Assembly (NCBI GenBank): GCA_016927185.1
Contig: JAFGND010000106.1
Location: 310 to 64,309 of the forward strand
Source: Candidatus Coatesbacteria bacterium
GTDB lineage: Bacteria; JAFGND01
Reading direction: 5' to 3'
Length of the DNA stretch: 64,000 bases
In this document: piece after piece, positions 9,787 to 21,082 of the stretch
How positions within the stretch are numbered: position 1 is the stretch's first letter
Layout: the number at the start of each line of letters is the position of its first letter
The notes under the pieces: model-generated
The model's input: only the letters and a program-made list of their open reading frames with translations
Database searches by the model: none
Told to the model about the DNA's origin: nothing
Position numbers and translations under genes: made by a program

Positions 9787-11817
9787 ATGACAAGATATAT
9801 ATTATTTGTTTGCATGTTTTTTTCAACCTTGGTTGCTATTGATCTTAATGGCAGGAAATTCTGCATAGATCCTGGGCATGGGGACTATTATAATAGCGAA
9901 AAACCATTTGAAACACTCATGAATATGGAGGTAGCTCTTCATTTCAAGGAATTTCTTGAACAGAATGGTTCTGGAGCTGTTGTACTGACCAGAAACGGGA
10001 ATTTCGGGAGTGATACAAATCCCTCATTATCGGAACGAGTAAGAATCGCAAATGAAGCAGGAGTTGACTGGTTTCATAGTGTTCATCATAATACATATGA
10101 TGGAACGGTTAACTATACATTGATGTTATACAGGGAAGATAATGGTTATCCAGCGTGGCAACAGGCAAAGGATGCTGGTGATATTCTAGCCCAAAGAATT
10201 TATCAGGCATTGAGAACATCTAATGGCTATAACAGAGGTGATTATTCATTCCTTGGATTTCATCTTGGAGTATTATCAGGACTTGAAATGCCGGGAGTTC
10301 TTTCAGAAGGCTCTTTCTGGGACTATTCTTCAGAAATTCCAAGATTGCAAAACTGCCATTATTTAAGATTAGAGGCATGGGCAATAGTCCAGGCTTATCT
10401 GGAATACTTCAAATGTGACAGATGGACAACAGGTTGCATAGCTGGTATTGTAAGGGATGGTTCCGGAAACAGATTGAGGTCAGGCAAGATATGGATAGAA
10501 GGAACAAACTATTTCTATCAGCTTGATGATATAGGAAACGGTTTCTTCGCATTTATAAATGTTCCTGCAGGTAGATATACTATATATTACCGTTCTGCAG
10601 GTTTCATTATATCAAGCTCTACCATCAATGTTTCTGCAAATACAATCACCTTTGCTGACAAAACATTATCAACAGATAATTGTCCTAACATACAATATAC
10701 TAATCCAAAGGATGCAGCAGAAATAAGACCTGATGCTCCTCTTCAGATAAGGTTTTCAAGAACAATGGATAAAAATTCTACTCAAGCTGCTTTCAAGGTG
10801 GATGGAAAAACTCCCCAGGGAACATTCAACTGGAGTGATGATTACACAATGGTTTTCTATCCAACTGGAAGCTGGGACAGAGGAACCATTCATATATTAA
10901 CTGTTGGAAAAGAAAGTAAAGGTTCAAACTCAGCTAGCTTTGATGGGGATTATGATGGAGTTGGAGGGGAAACTGAAGATGATTATAAATTAGTATTCAA
11001 AATTGGTTATCAGAAATCCCTTGAAAATATCCAGATCCTTGATGATTTCGAGGATAATTCTGGAAACTGGTGGGATCCCGAGCAGTCAGGCTCCACAACC
11101 TGGACATATCCGGAAAGAACATACAGGGAAACAAGCAATGATTTTGTTTTTAGTGGTAATAACAGCATGAAGTTGAGATACCAGTTCACGAATCTGAAAG
11201 AAGGCATTTGCAGGATATACAGGCAGAATAATCTGGGTCCCTGGGCAAATGAAGATACAAAGGAAATAGGATTATGGGTTTATGGAGACAATTCAGGAAA
11301 CAGGCTTGAATTCTGGTTCTATACTCCATCCAATCAAATGGTTGTAGCATATGATTACATGTATTTCTGGGGCTGGAAATATGTTTCTGTAGCATTAAAA
11401 GATGTTCCTGGAACTGACAAGAAATTCCATTCGCTTGTTGTAAGGAAAATGGTGGACAAGAATTATGTGGGATCGATATATTTTGATAAGCTTATTATTT
11501 GCGATCACCAGGAAACTGGATTCAACAACAAGAAGATTGCGAAAAAGATTCCTTTTAGTTTTTCAGCAAAAGCCTTTCCAAATCCCTTCAGACAAATATT
11601 CAATCTTGAGTATTCAATTGAAGGCAGGGGTGGATTGATGCTTGCTGAGCTTTATGATATGACAGGAAGAAAAATCAAGACATTAATAAATCAGAATCAT
11701 GGAATAGGGACTTTCAGGAAATCCATTGATACTGAAAAGATTGGAAGCGGGATATATATTCTTCGCATAAAGACTGAAGACAAAACTCAACTGATAAGAC
11801 TTGTAAAAATACAATAA
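9787..11817 (+). CDS. Secreted N-acetylmuramoyl-L-alanine amidase (Amidase_3) with Ig-like and carbohydrate-binding-like domains and T9SS-type CTD
   Basis: Signal peptide, IDPGHG...E, SVHHN, LSEGSF zinc-ligand motifs; C-terminal FPNPF...YDMTGRKI...SGIYILR; ATG at 9787 after GAGGGAG. Confidence 0.85.
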   Translation: MTRYILFVCMFFSTLVAIDLNGRKFCIDPGHGDYYNSEKPFETLMNMEVALHFKEFLEQNGSGAVVLTRNGNFGSDTNPSLSERVRIANEAGVDWFHSVHHNTYDGTVNYTLMLYREDNGYPAWQQAKDAGDILAQRIYQALRTSNGYNRGDYSFLGFHLGVLSGLEMPGVLSEGSFWDYSSEIPRLQNCHYLRLEAWAIVQAYLEYFKCDRWTTGCIAGIVRDGSGNRLRSGKIWIEGTNYFYQLDDIGNGFFAFINVPAGRYTIYYRSAGFIISSSTINVSANTITFADKTLSTDNCPNIQYTNPKDAAEIRPDAPLQIRFSRTMDKNSTQAAFKVDGKTPQGTFNWSDDYTMVFYPTGSWDRGTIHILTVGKESKGSNSASFDGDYDGVGGETEDDYKLVFKIGYQKSLENIQILDDFEDNSGNWWDPEQSGSTTWTYPERTYRETSNDFVFSGNNSMKLRYQFTNLKEGICRIYRQNNLGPWANEDTKEIGLWVYGDNSGNRLEFWFYTPSNQMVVAYDYMYFWGWKYVSVALKDVPGTDKKFHSLVVRKMVDKNYVGSIYFDKLIICDHQETGFNNKKIAKKIPFSFSAKAFPNPFRQIFNLEYSIEGRGGLMLAELYDMTGRKIKTLINQNHGIGTFRKSIDTEKIGSGIYILRIKTEDKTQLIRLVKIQ

Positions 11818-11827
11818 GGAGATTGAA

Positions 11828-12919
11828 GTGTTTATTAAGATTCTTTTAGTATGTCTTATTTTCGGTACTTTGTTTACCGAAGACATTTCTTTGCAAATAA
11901 ATACAGATAAGGAACAATACAGACTTGGTGATGAAATAATACTTAAAGTCATTCTTGAAAACAAGGGTTCGAAAAATATTACCATGAAGATTCCAAAAGT
12001 GGATCACAGAAGTCTTTTTATAGGATTCAAATATGCAGCAGATACAGGTAAGAAAAGAACATATTACTCGTTTCCAACACTTGATTTCATAAATAAGATA
12101 AAAAAGATAGAGGATCTTGATGTGTTCTATAAAAATAATAAAATCGAAAGGGAAGAGCAGTTTATAGTTAAAATGGGATCTTATCCAATAGCAGAAATGC
12201 TTAAGCCAGCTAATCTGAAGGAGCAGATATTGAAACCTGGTGAGAAGACAGAGGATGAGATAAGGTTAACTGCAGTCAGGTCAGGCGATTGCGAGATAAC
12301 AGCTTATTATGCAGGTCTTCTTGAAAATCCAAATCTCTGGGAATTCGACAATTATATAGTCTCTAATTCGTTGAAAATCAATATAAAAGGAAAGGAACTT
12401 CATGCAATCCTGGAAACAGATATTGGGAGTATCGAATTCAGATTTCGTCCAGACCTTGCTCTTAATCATGTTCATCAGTTCTGCAGGCAAGCAAGCGATG
12501 GTTTCTATGAAAAAACGTATTTTCATAGAATAATAAATGGTTTTATGGCTCAAGGGGGAGATAATAACACTCTTGATTATGATGATTCAAACGACGGCAT
12601 GGGAAATCCCGGATATATGCTTCCTCTCGAAATATCCCGAGAAAAACATAAAGAAGGAACATTGTCAACTGCAAGAACTGCATTATATAATACTGCAGGC
12701 AGTCAGTTTTTCATTTGCAGTCCAAGGCATAAAAGGGAAGATGGAGACAGACAGGATAGTTTGAACAATAAATATTCGATATTTGGTGAAATGATAATGG
12801 TTGATCAAAACAGGAAAGTCCTGAAAAATCTTTGTGCAACTCAATCAGATCTGCAAAAGGATGGCAAGGTTTTAAAGAAAGTCTATATAAATTCAGTGAA
12901 AATAAAGGTTATTGAATAA
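11828..12919 (+). CDS. Exported cyclophilin-type peptidyl-prolyl isomerase with N-terminal extension
   Basis: FHRIINGFMAQGGD, GTLSTAR, AGSQFFI, YSIFG; N-terminal signal peptide. Confidence 0.85.
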   Translation: MFIKILLVCLIFGTLFTEDISLQINTDKEQYRLGDEIILKVILENKGSKNITMKIPKVDHRSLFIGFKYAADTGKKRTYYSFPTLDFINKIKKIEDLDVFYKNNKIEREEQFIVKMGSYPIAEMLKPANLKEQILKPGEKTEDEIRLTAVRSGDCEITAYYAGLLENPNLWEFDNYIVSNSLKINIKGKELHAILETDIGSIEFRFRPDLALNHVHQFCRQASDGFYEKTYFHRIINGFMAQGGDNNTLDYDDSNDGMGNPGYMLPLEISREKHKEGTLSTARTALYNTAGSQFFICSPRHKREDGDRQDSLNNKYSIFGEMIMVDQNRKVLKNLCATQSDLQKDGKVLKKVYINSVKIKVIE

Positions 12920-14129
12920 CTTGCTGCATATATTCATATAACTTCTTGCACGATCTTTCCCATGTGAAGTTTTCATTGAATACTTCAAGAGATTTCTTGC
13001 CCATTTCTTTTGTGATTTTCTTGTTTTCAATCATGTAACTTATTGCATCAGCTAGTGATTCAGGATTTTGAGGGGGAACAAGAATTCCAATTTTGCCGAA
13101 GCTGAAATGATCTTCTACACCTTCACCTTTTGTCCCTATTATTGGAAGTCCCATACTCATGGCTTCAAGATAAGACATTCCTATACCTTCATTCCATGAA
13201 GCCATGACATATATGTCAGACGCAGCATAAAGATCAAATACTCTTTTGTTTTCCATGTTTCCCTTGAGTTCTATTTTATCCTTTAAATCAAGCTTGCTTA
13301 TGAGCTTCTTCAAATCATCTTCGCAATATCCTGAACCAACAAGATTTACATGGATATCAGGGAATCTGTTTATTAATCTATCAACTGCTTCAACAAGAGT
13401 CTTCTGCCCCTTCTGCTCCACTAAAGCTCCAACCTGTATAATATTAACTGATTCAGAAGACATTATTTCTCTTTTTCTGCTAGTAGATGGAGGAGTGATT
13501 CCTAAATGCAGAAGTCTTGCATTTGAGTTAGATAAATTCTTGATAATATTCAGGTTACGGTTTGTAACAGTAAGAACCATTTTTGCTTTTTCATATGTTT
13601 TACCAATAGCCCATTTTCCAAAAGGAAGCTTGAACAGGGGAGGACTGTCCTGCCCCAGGATATCTTCACCATGAACAAGTATGATATTAGGTATATCAGC
13701 TTTTTCCTGCAATATATTACCTATATATCCTGCAGGTTGAGCATTATGAGAAAATATTATGTCATATTGATTCTTTTTTAGAAGAGTCTCAAGCAAATGC
13801 TTTATTTTCATATGGCATAAGTAACCCCAGCTGAAGTGAAAGAACCTTTTAGGCGGCGACCAGAATCTTGGCAGATAAACATTTATACCAGTTTCATCAG
13901 TATATTCAAAAGGGATTTTCTTGATATCAGATTTCCATGATTTCAAGGTGGATTTGTTTGAATATGCTCTTGACGGAGGTTGTGTTCTTATCGGGCAAAT
14001 GACATGTATATCAACATTATACATCTTTCTAAGAGTCTGCAGCTGCTGTGAAACGAAAATGCCAAGAAGAGAATCTTTGTGTTGAGGGTAAAGCATTGAT
14101 ATGCAAAGAATTTTCTTGATATCTTTCAT
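12909..14129 (-). CDS. Glycosyltransferase family 4
   Basis: VGALVEQKGQ, EGIGMSYLEAMSMGLP. Confidence 0.9.
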   Translation of the reverse strand: MKDIKKILCISMLYPQHKDSLLGIFVSQQLQTLRKMYNVDIHVICPIRTQPPSRAYSNKSTLKSWKSDIKKIPFEYTDETGINVYLPRFWSPPKRFFHFSWGYLCHMKIKHLLETLLKKNQYDIIFSHNAQPAGYIGNILQEKADIPNIILVHGEDILGQDSPPLFKLPFGKWAIGKTYEKAKMVLTVTNRNLNIIKNLSNSNARLLHLGITPPSTSRKREIMSSESVNIIQVGALVEQKGQKTLVEAVDRLINRFPDIHVNLVGSGYCEDDLKKLISKLDLKDKIELKGNMENKRVFDLYAASDIYVMASWNEGIGMSYLEAMSMGLPIIGTKGEGVEDHFSFGKIGILVPPQNPESLADAISYMIENKKITKEMGKKSLEVFNENFTWERSCKKLYEYMQQVIQ

Positions 14130-16069
14130 TTTACTGGTACATATTGTCTGTATTTATAACCAAGCCAGTCATCAAGAGATAATAACTTATTATCATGCAA
14201 ATTATTCCACCATATTTTAATGCAGAAAATTCTCCATACAGGATAAATCGCATCCATTGCCTGACCCATTGCTCCTGAATCTATTATTCTCTTGTAATTA
14301 TCCAGAAATGATAGATTCAAATGTTTATCAATTTCCTCCATTGGAGTTTCTATAACTCTTTGAAACTTAATGAAATCATCTCCTTTGTACCAGTCAAATA
14401 GAGGAACAGGGAATCCCTTTTTCTCCCTGTAAATGAAATCATCAGGATAATACTTTTTTGCATATTCCTTTAAAAGGTATTTCCCCTGTCCATTCATGAT
14501 TTTGTATTTATCTGGCAGAGAGAATGCGAATTCCACTATATCATTATCAAGAAACGGTACTCTTGTTTCTATTGAAGCAGCCATTGTTAGTCTGTCAGTG
14601 TTTTGAAGAATTATCTGAAGACCAGAATAAATTTCACTTTTCAGGAAAGAAGCTAAAAAACTGTCATCACTGTTTTCATAAAATAATGGTGTCCATAAAT
14701 TTAAAAGATTTTCATAGTCCTCTCTCTTCACGTTTCTCAAGAATTCTATATAATGGTCTTCTGGAATTGAAGCAGCATAAGAAGCACCAATCATAGCTGG
14801 CTCAAATCTCAGCCTTCTGCCAGCTTTAGTAAATAGCTTTGATTTGCCAAGCTTGGAAAAAAAAGTGCTGAAGATCTTTCTGCCGGTTTTAGTTAGTAAA
14901 GCAGAGAGTAATTTATTTAACTTATATTGCCTGTTGGCATAGTAAGCTGATGTATAACCAGCAAATAGCTCATCTGAACCTTGACCACATAACATTACTG
15001 TTGCATTTGGTTTGCTTTGCCTGGCAATCTGAAAAAATCCAGTTCCTGCAGTCAATGGGTCATCATAAATCCATGTGCAATAAGGATAAAGGCTGAAAAG
15101 TTCAGAACTTTCTGATTCAGTCTTGAAATGTTCATTTGAGTATTTTCTTGATGCAAAGTCAGACCACTTGAATTCATTTGCATATTCTTCCTTGTACCCC
15201 ATTGAAAAGCTTCTTACTTGCGAAGGAACAAGCTCATGCATTTTTGCAAGAATTAGAGATGAATCTAGACCACCTGAAAGAAAGACGCCTAAAGGGACAT
15301 CTGAAATCAACTGAGATTCAACTGCTTTAGAGAATATCTTATCAAACCTTTCAAGAGATTCAGAAAAACTGATATCTGTTAATTCTTTAATATGCTTTAG
15401 GTTATAATATCCTGTTATTTCAGTTTTTTTTGCTGCAAGGTCGATTGTCATGTAATTCGCTGGAGGAAGGACAGTTATATTCTTGAGCAATGTCTTTCCT
15501 TCCTGTATCCATCCGAAAAGGAAATATTCTGCGAAATGTTCGTCATTCAATGAAACAGTAAAATCATCAAGCTGGAAAAAAGCCTTGTATTCGGAAGCAA
15601 ATGCTATAAAATCTTTCCCTTCATATATATACAATGGTTTAATCCCAAATCTATCTCTTGCAAGAAATACTTTCTTGCACTCGATATCCAGTATTGCAAA
15701 AGCAAATATGCCATTGATTTTCTTGATTGTCTCTTCAATTCCGTATTTTTTATAAAGATATAGAATATACTCAGTATCTGAGCGTGATTTCAGGTTGAAT
15801 TCCTTGATATCATTCCTGTAATCCATGTAATTATAGAATTCTCCATTATATACAATACAGATCTTGCCATCTGCAGTAAACATCGGTTGTTTGCCAGCTT
15901 CTGAAGTATCCAGAATGCTAAGCCTTCTTTGCGCCAAACCAACATTATTATTGATATAATAACCAGCATCATCTGGTCCTCTGTGAAGCATGCTATCGCG
16001 CATCTTGATGAGCTTCTTCTCATCAATCTTTTTATCAGTAAAACTTATTATACCACAGATTCCGCACAT
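14126..16069 (-). CDS. asnB: Asparagine synthase (glutamine-hydrolysing) family amidotransferase, probably sugar amidation
   Basis: N-terminal MCGICG, HRGPD, RDRFGIKPLY, FLSGGLDSS, ETRVPFLD; lies in a polysaccharide cluster. Confidence 0.9.
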   Translation of the reverse strand: MCGICGIISFTDKKIDEKKLIKMRDSMLHRGPDDAGYYINNNVGLAQRRLSILDTSEAGKQPMFTADGKICIVYNGEFYNYMDYRNDIKEFNLKSRSDTEYILYLYKKYGIEETIKKINGIFAFAILDIECKKVFLARDRFGIKPLYIYEGKDFIAFASEYKAFFQLDDFTVSLNDEHFAEYFLFGWIQEGKTLLKNITVLPPANYMTIDLAAKKTEITGYYNLKHIKELTDISFSESLERFDKIFSKAVESQLISDVPLGVFLSGGLDSSLILAKMHELVPSQVRSFSMGYKEEYANEFKWSDFASRKYSNEHFKTESESSELFSLYPYCTWIYDDPLTAGTGFFQIARQSKPNATVMLCGQGSDELFAGYTSAYYANRQYKLNKLLSALLTKTGRKIFSTFFSKLGKSKLFTKAGRRLRFEPAMIGASYAASIPEDHYIEFLRNVKREDYENLLNLWTPLFYENSDDSFLASFLKSEIYSGLQIILQNTDRLTMAASIETRVPFLDNDIVEFAFSLPDKYKIMNGQGKYLLKEYAKKYYPDDFIYREKKGFPVPLFDWYKGDDFIKFQRVIETPMEEIDKHLNLSFLDNYKRIIDSGAMGQAMDAIYPVWRIFCIKIWWNNLHDNKLLSLDDWLGYKYRQYVPVK

Positions 16070-16070
16070 A

Positions 16071-17210
16071 TCATTTCTTCATTGTTTCAAGTAAAATTCT
16101 CTCAAGATGCAAGCTGTTTTTCTCAAGGGAGAATTCCTTTTCTGAAAAGATCTTTGCTCTCCTGGAAACATCATTGTAGATATCCTTGTTTTCAATTAAC
16201 TCTTTCAATGCAATCAATGTCTCCTCAATGGTTTCTGTTAATGCTCCAAGTCTTTCCTTCTCAATCATTGTAAACCTTATCGGAGACATGCTGACTACAG
16301 GTTTGCCACATAACCATGCTTCCTTGAAAATATTGGGATATCCTTCATATTCACTTGTTGAAAGAAGTACTAAACAATTATCTATAAGAGAATTACTTTG
16401 CCTGTAAGTTACTTCACCATAATCTTTAAGATTTGAAATCCTGTTAGCTTCTTCCTTGACTTTTGCTGCATAACCTTTGCCCCATGTTCCTCCTGCCATA
16501 ACAAATTGATAATCAGGCATTTGTCTTGCTATTTCAAAGAGTATTTCAGGTCTTTTAACTGGAACAAGATTTCCTATCCAGAGTATGAAAGGTTTTTCAG
16601 GAAACTCAAGAACTTCTTTATCTTCCTTGTAAAGTATTGAAGGACCTGCATATACAATGCTATCTCTCCCGAAATTCTTCTTATACATTTCTTTTTGTTC
16701 CTCAGTTTGTGCAAGAATAATATCAGCGAATTTAATACCGATCCTTGATAAAACATTGCTTGAAAAGTATAATAATTTCTGAATGATATTATATCTTCCA
16801 ATATATCCTTTTACCCATAAAGGTTGCTTTTTGCAGAAGATTATTGTACCTCTCATGTAAACAAAAGTTAAGCCAGTCATTTTTTTCAATATAGCAAGAA
16901 CCCCAATCAATGCAGTATATATATGAGTGAAAAGAACTTCAATTTTTTCTTTCCTGATTATGCAATAAAGTTTTGGTATATGTAACCATTCAAGCCCTGG
17001 AAAAACCTTTTTCAGCCAGTAGACCTTTATTCTTTTATCAAGGAAAGTTTCATCAAGCATGCCTTCTGGATCTTCTCTTTGTGCTGCAAATACAACTTTC
17101 CAGCCAAGATCAGCAAGTCCTTTTGCAACAAGAAATGATTGAATTGGACCTCCTCCTACTTTATCTGCAGGATGAACAAGCTGCACTATTAATATTGTTT
17201 TGTCTGTCAT
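16071..17210 (-). CDS. Glycosyltransferase family 4
   Basis: WIGNLVPVKRPE, EGYPNIFKEAW. Confidence 0.88.
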   Translation of the reverse strand: MTDKTILIVQLVHPADKVGGGPIQSFLVAKGLADLGWKVVFAAQREDPEGMLDETFLDKRIKVYWLKKVFPGLEWLHIPKLYCIIRKEKIEVLFTHIYTALIGVLAILKKMTGLTFVYMRGTIIFCKKQPLWVKGYIGRYNIIQKLLYFSSNVLSRIGIKFADIILAQTEEQKEMYKKNFGRDSIVYAGPSILYKEDKEVLEFPEKPFILWIGNLVPVKRPEILFEIARQMPDYQFVMAGGTWGKGYAAKVKEEANRISNLKDYGEVTYRQSNSLIDNCLVLLSTSEYEGYPNIFKEAWLCGKPVVSMSPIRFTMIEKERLGALTETIEETLIALKELIENKDIYNDVSRRAKIFSEKEFSLEKNSLHLERILLETMKK

Positions 17211-18367
17211 TTTTTCTTGCAGGATCCTATAATATCTTTGATTTTGTTAACAACATGCATTTGATCAGTTTCACATTGAGCAAAAATTCTTGCCTTATTT
17301 GTAATTTCTTTCCTGAGAGATTCATTTTCAAACAAAATCTTTATATTCTCAGCTAGCTTTTCTGTTGTATCTCCAAGTAAACCGAAACCTCTTTCACTCA
17401 ATAACATATCTGGATCTGCATTCATAGAAACAACTCCGGTTTCATATAGCCAAGCCTGAATGAATGTGTTAGGAAAACCCTCACTCTCACTCGTATTGAC
17501 AATGATTTTCGCTTTCGCAATATATTCTTCAGATAATATCAATGGGACATAGCCTATATATTCTACTCCAGTATCTTTCATAAGATTGTACAATGCTTCC
17601 TGATCTTCATTGAATGGATATTGAGAACCTATCAGAAGAAATCTTGCCTTAAGATGTCTTAGCATACCTGCAGCATAACAGAAAAATTCCGGTCTCTTTA
17701 TTGGTCTGCAGTTACCAACCCATACAATTGTATTATCTTTATCAGGAATTCTATCAATTAATGGAACCCATGGATTGTACACAATGAAACATTCTTTATT
17801 CCATATTCTTTTTATTGCTTCCTTTTGCAAATTATTCTGGGCTAAAATGATATCTGTATTTCTTACTCCATACTTGAATAATTCGATTGAAAAGAAATTC
17901 CTGATGCTGTTAACAAAAACATTGAGTTTGGAAATCCCATAAGGTCTGCTTTCAATGAAACTTTTCTCTACTTCTACAGGGTCAGGATCTCCCTGAGAGG
18001 CTATCATCCATAACAGGATTTTGTTATTTTTTCTGCAAAATCTAGCGAGTAATCCTATTTGATAAAATGCAAGTCCCAGATAATAAACATCAGCATTGAT
18101 CTCTTTGACAATTTTCCAGAAATCAAAGAGCATATATAACCATGACAGCATGAAAACAGTTTTCCCACTGAATTTATGCAGAAGAGGGAAAGTGTAAATT
18201 TCTATCTCAGGATCATTTATATTGTGCTGAATGGGATTTATTTCTGGTGTTATAAAACTTACTTTCCAGCCAGATTTGACAAAACCTCTTGCAGTAATCA
18301 AAGTCTGATTTTCAGCACCTCCACTTATATAACGAGGATGCAAGGAAACAAAACAGATATGTTTCAT
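17207..18367 (-). CDS. Glycosyltransferase family 4
   Basis: GGAE motif, WVGNCRPIKRPE, EGFPNTFIQAW; start MKHICF at 18367 overlaps the upstream stop (ATGA). Confidence 0.88.
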   Translation of the reverse strand: MKHICFVSLHPRYISGGAENQTLITARGFVKSGWKVSFITPEINPIQHNINDPEIEIYTFPLLHKFSGKTVFMLSWLYMLFDFWKIVKEINADVYYLGLAFYQIGLLARFCRKNNKILLWMIASQGDPDPVEVEKSFIESRPYGISKLNVFVNSIRNFFSIELFKYGVRNTDIILAQNNLQKEAIKRIWNKECFIVYNPWVPLIDRIPDKDNTIVWVGNCRPIKRPEFFCYAAGMLRHLKARFLLIGSQYPFNEDQEALYNLMKDTGVEYIGYVPLILSEEYIAKAKIIVNTSESEGFPNTFIQAWLYETGVVSMNADPDMLLSERGFGLLGDTTEKLAENIKILFENESLRKEITNKARIFAQCETDQMHVVNKIKDIIGSCKKK

Positions 18368-19860
18368 AGATAAGGCTGGATTTCTTTTCTTTTCTTCATT
18401 ATCTTGAAATATAATGCCATCAGGATAGCAAATGGAGCTGATATATAAATATTCTCCCATGCAGCTGCATATACTGTAAGAAGTATGAAAGTGATATTAG
18501 TTGCCCCAAACAAATAAACCAATACTCTTTGATTATCAGGTAATGTACTTATGAATTTCCTGTGATAATAGATATGTAAGGGAAAATAGAAGTTTATTAA
18601 CATTACAAGAAAAACGCCCAGAACTCCTATTCCAACTATCCAGTTGAATATGCTTGTGGATGGAGATGTAAAGAGATTAACCTTATTATAAATGTCAGAT
18701 TGTTTAGGTTCCCATGATGGATGAACAGGTGATGCAAATCCATAACCAAACATGAAGGTCTTGAAATCATTCGAAACTAATCCATACCTGTATTTGAATG
18801 TAAATGATCTTGACCAGACATATTTTCTATCAACTGCTTCCTCCAAAGTCAATTGTGTCTGATCATACTTACTAAGATATTCAATATCAAAAATTCCAGG
18901 TTCAAGAGTAACCTTCTGTTCTTCTGAGAAAGTTTCTGAAGTACTGACATCAGCAAACCACATAATCCATCTTCTTTGAAGATAATTTATTGATGCCATT
19001 ACCAGCACTATAAAAAAAATTATTCTTACAAGATGAGAGACTTTTAGATTTGCTGATAAATAAAGAATTCCTGCTGCAAGGAGAGTAAGTCCATATATAT
19101 AATAGCCTCCCTTGCTTTGAGTCAAAAATAATGTAATAATAAAAACGGGAGTAAGCAGTAAATATTTAAGTTTCCGCGATACAAGATATTTAACAAGGAA
19201 GAATGTTGAAGAAAAGATGCAAGGAGCTACCTGAAGAGTATTGGCACTACTTAATGTTCCATCAAAAATACCCCTTACACCATCTCCAGGAGCTTTTACA
19301 ATGTTAAAATAGTAAAGATTTATTGGGATATTTATTAAACTCAAGATAATTACAAACCAAATGCTATAATCATACTTTTTTTCGTCTATTTCAGAGTTTA
19401 TTAATACTAGAAATAGCGGAATAGCATTGAAGGAAGAGACATAAGTAAGAGCATGAGTTGGAATACTATATGATTCGCTCAGGATTATTGATAAAAGCAC
19501 TTGAAATATGGAATAATATAATATTCCAAATCCCCATTCTATATTGTCTTTCCTCAGTATTTTAACTGCAAGGACTATAAGAAACATGATAGAGAAGAGG
19601 AAATATCCAAGAGACTTAAATCGTCCTGTAACTCCTATATCATAAAGAAAATTGACTAGTATCAAATAAATGATAATCCCAAAAACAGGTAATAGCCATC
19701 TCTGCTTATTTAAATAGAATAGAACCACAGGAAGGAAAAGCAAACTTGCAATGTAGATCTGCCCCGAAACCATCAAATAATAGATGGCGACAGCAAATAA
19801 AGCAAGGATTGCTGTTAAAAGAAATCCCTGAATTTGTTTGTTATCTAAAGTTCCAGCCAT
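18364..19860 (-). CDS. Polytopic membrane protein, probable Wzy polymerase / O-antigen ligase family
   Basis: Many hydrophobic segments, TQSKGG and FGYGF motifs with a large periplasmic loop; lies among glycosyltransferase genes. Confidence 0.65.
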   Translation of the reverse strand: MAGTLDNKQIQGFLLTAILALFAVAIYYLMVSGQIYIASLLFLPVVLFYLNKQRWLLPVFGIIIYLILVNFLYDIGVTGRFKSLGYFLFSIMFLIVLAVKILRKDNIEWGFGILYYSIFQVLLSIILSESYSIPTHALTYVSSFNAIPLFLVLINSEIDEKKYDYSIWFVIILSLINIPINLYYFNIVKAPGDGVRGIFDGTLSSANTLQVAPCIFSSTFFLVKYLVSRKLKYLLLTPVFIITLFLTQSKGGYYIYGLTLLAAGILYLSANLKVSHLVRIIFFIVLVMASINYLQRRWIMWFADVSTSETFSEEQKVTLEPGIFDIEYLSKYDQTQLTLEEAVDRKYVWSRSFTFKYRYGLVSNDFKTFMFGYGFASPVHPSWEPKQSDIYNKVNLFTSPSTSIFNWIVGIGVLGVFLVMLINFYFPLHIYYHRKFISTLPDNQRVLVYLFGATNITFILLTVYAAAWENIYISAPFAILMALYFKIMKKRKEIQPYL

Positions 19861-19861
19861 A

Positions 19862-21082
19862 TTATATTAAATTTTTATAGGCGTCAGTCAAGATTTTTTC
19901 CTGTGTTTCCCAATTATATCTTACTTTTGCAAGTTTTCTTGCATTTACTGATAACCTTTCTTTATTATCAAGAATATATAGAATAGCAGATTTTATGCTT
20001 TCTGCAGAATTTATGTCAAAGCATTTTCCTGCTTCACCAAGAGGATCACTTTCAATCTGATTCTTTATTATGGGATAATCTGTTGCAATAACAGGCAAAC
20101 CAGCCATAAGATATTCAGAAATCTTGTTTGGGCTTGATAATGTATGATTAGGTATATCACCCGCAAAAGGAATTACTCCCATATCTGCACAAGCACCAGC
20201 TATTATCAGTTCATATGTTGGTCTTGAAGGAAGGATCTGAAATCTATTTTCAACTTTCAGATTCCTTGCATGCAAAAAGAGTTCTTCTCTTATAGATTCA
20301 TTCATCATTCCAATAACAATGAAATGTATGTTAGCAGGGAGATCTGGCAGTACATTTATAATAAGATCAAGTCTTCTGCTTTTAGCGCTGTATATTCCTC
20401 CCGAGAAATAGATTATTTTAATATTTTCAGCCAGTCCTGCTTCTTTCTGAAGCGAATAATCGCATACCTTTGGATCATATGGAGTATAATTATGAAGCAC
20501 AAATGGTTTGTCAGTTTTAAGTTTAACAGCAATCTTTTCTGCTATTGCTTCATTTACTGTGAATATAGCTGTAGCTTTTCTGCTGAAAAACCTCTCATAT
20601 TTTTTTACTATGAATGATCTTATCCTGTTTTTGATGTTGTTTCCTGGCAGATCTTCCCCATGCAATTCATGAGCATCATAAACCAATGGAATTTCCCTTA
20701 ATTCAGATGCAAGCCAGGAAGAAAAAAGGAAGTAAAGGTTGTGAGCGTGTATGATATCTGCTTTTGTTGTCAGTACTTTATAATTTCCCCATAAAAGAAA
20801 CCGTAACATTGTAAGTTTTCTTTGAATTTTCTGACAAAAAGATTTGTTTTTTCTCCTGCCAGGGAAAGGAAACTGATGATATAGTATTCTTCCTTTCTGC
20901 ATTTTCTCGTGGAATTTTATTCCCTCATTATACATGAAAACCTCTATCCTGAAACCTATCTTTGCTAGACTGTCAGCTTCCCTGTTTATTCTTGCATCAT
21001 ATCTGCAATCAGAGAATTCAGCTATTATTATTGTCTTGCCAGTTCCCCAGAGTCCTACTTCTTCAGGTGATAGTTTTTTCAT
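19862..21082 (-). CDS. Glycosyltransferase family 4
   Basis: DARINRE, VYDAHE, SPNKISEYLMAGLPVI. Confidence 0.88.
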   Translation of the reverse strand: MKKLSPEEVGLWGTGKTIIIAEFSDCRYDARINREADSLAKIGFRIEVFMYNEGIKFHEKMQKGRILYHQFPFPGRRKNKSFCQKIQRKLTMLRFLLWGNYKVLTTKADIIHAHNLYFLFSSWLASELREIPLVYDAHELHGEDLPGNNIKNRIRSFIVKKYERFFSRKATAIFTVNEAIAEKIAVKLKTDKPFVLHNYTPYDPKVCDYSLQKEAGLAENIKIIYFSGGIYSAKSRRLDLIINVLPDLPANIHFIVIGMMNESIREELFLHARNLKVENRFQILPSRPTYELIIAGACADMGVIPFAGDIPNHTLSSPNKISEYLMAGLPVIATDYPIIKNQIESDPLGEAGKCFDINSAESIKSAILYILDNKERLSVNARKLAKVRYNWETQEKILTDAYKNLI

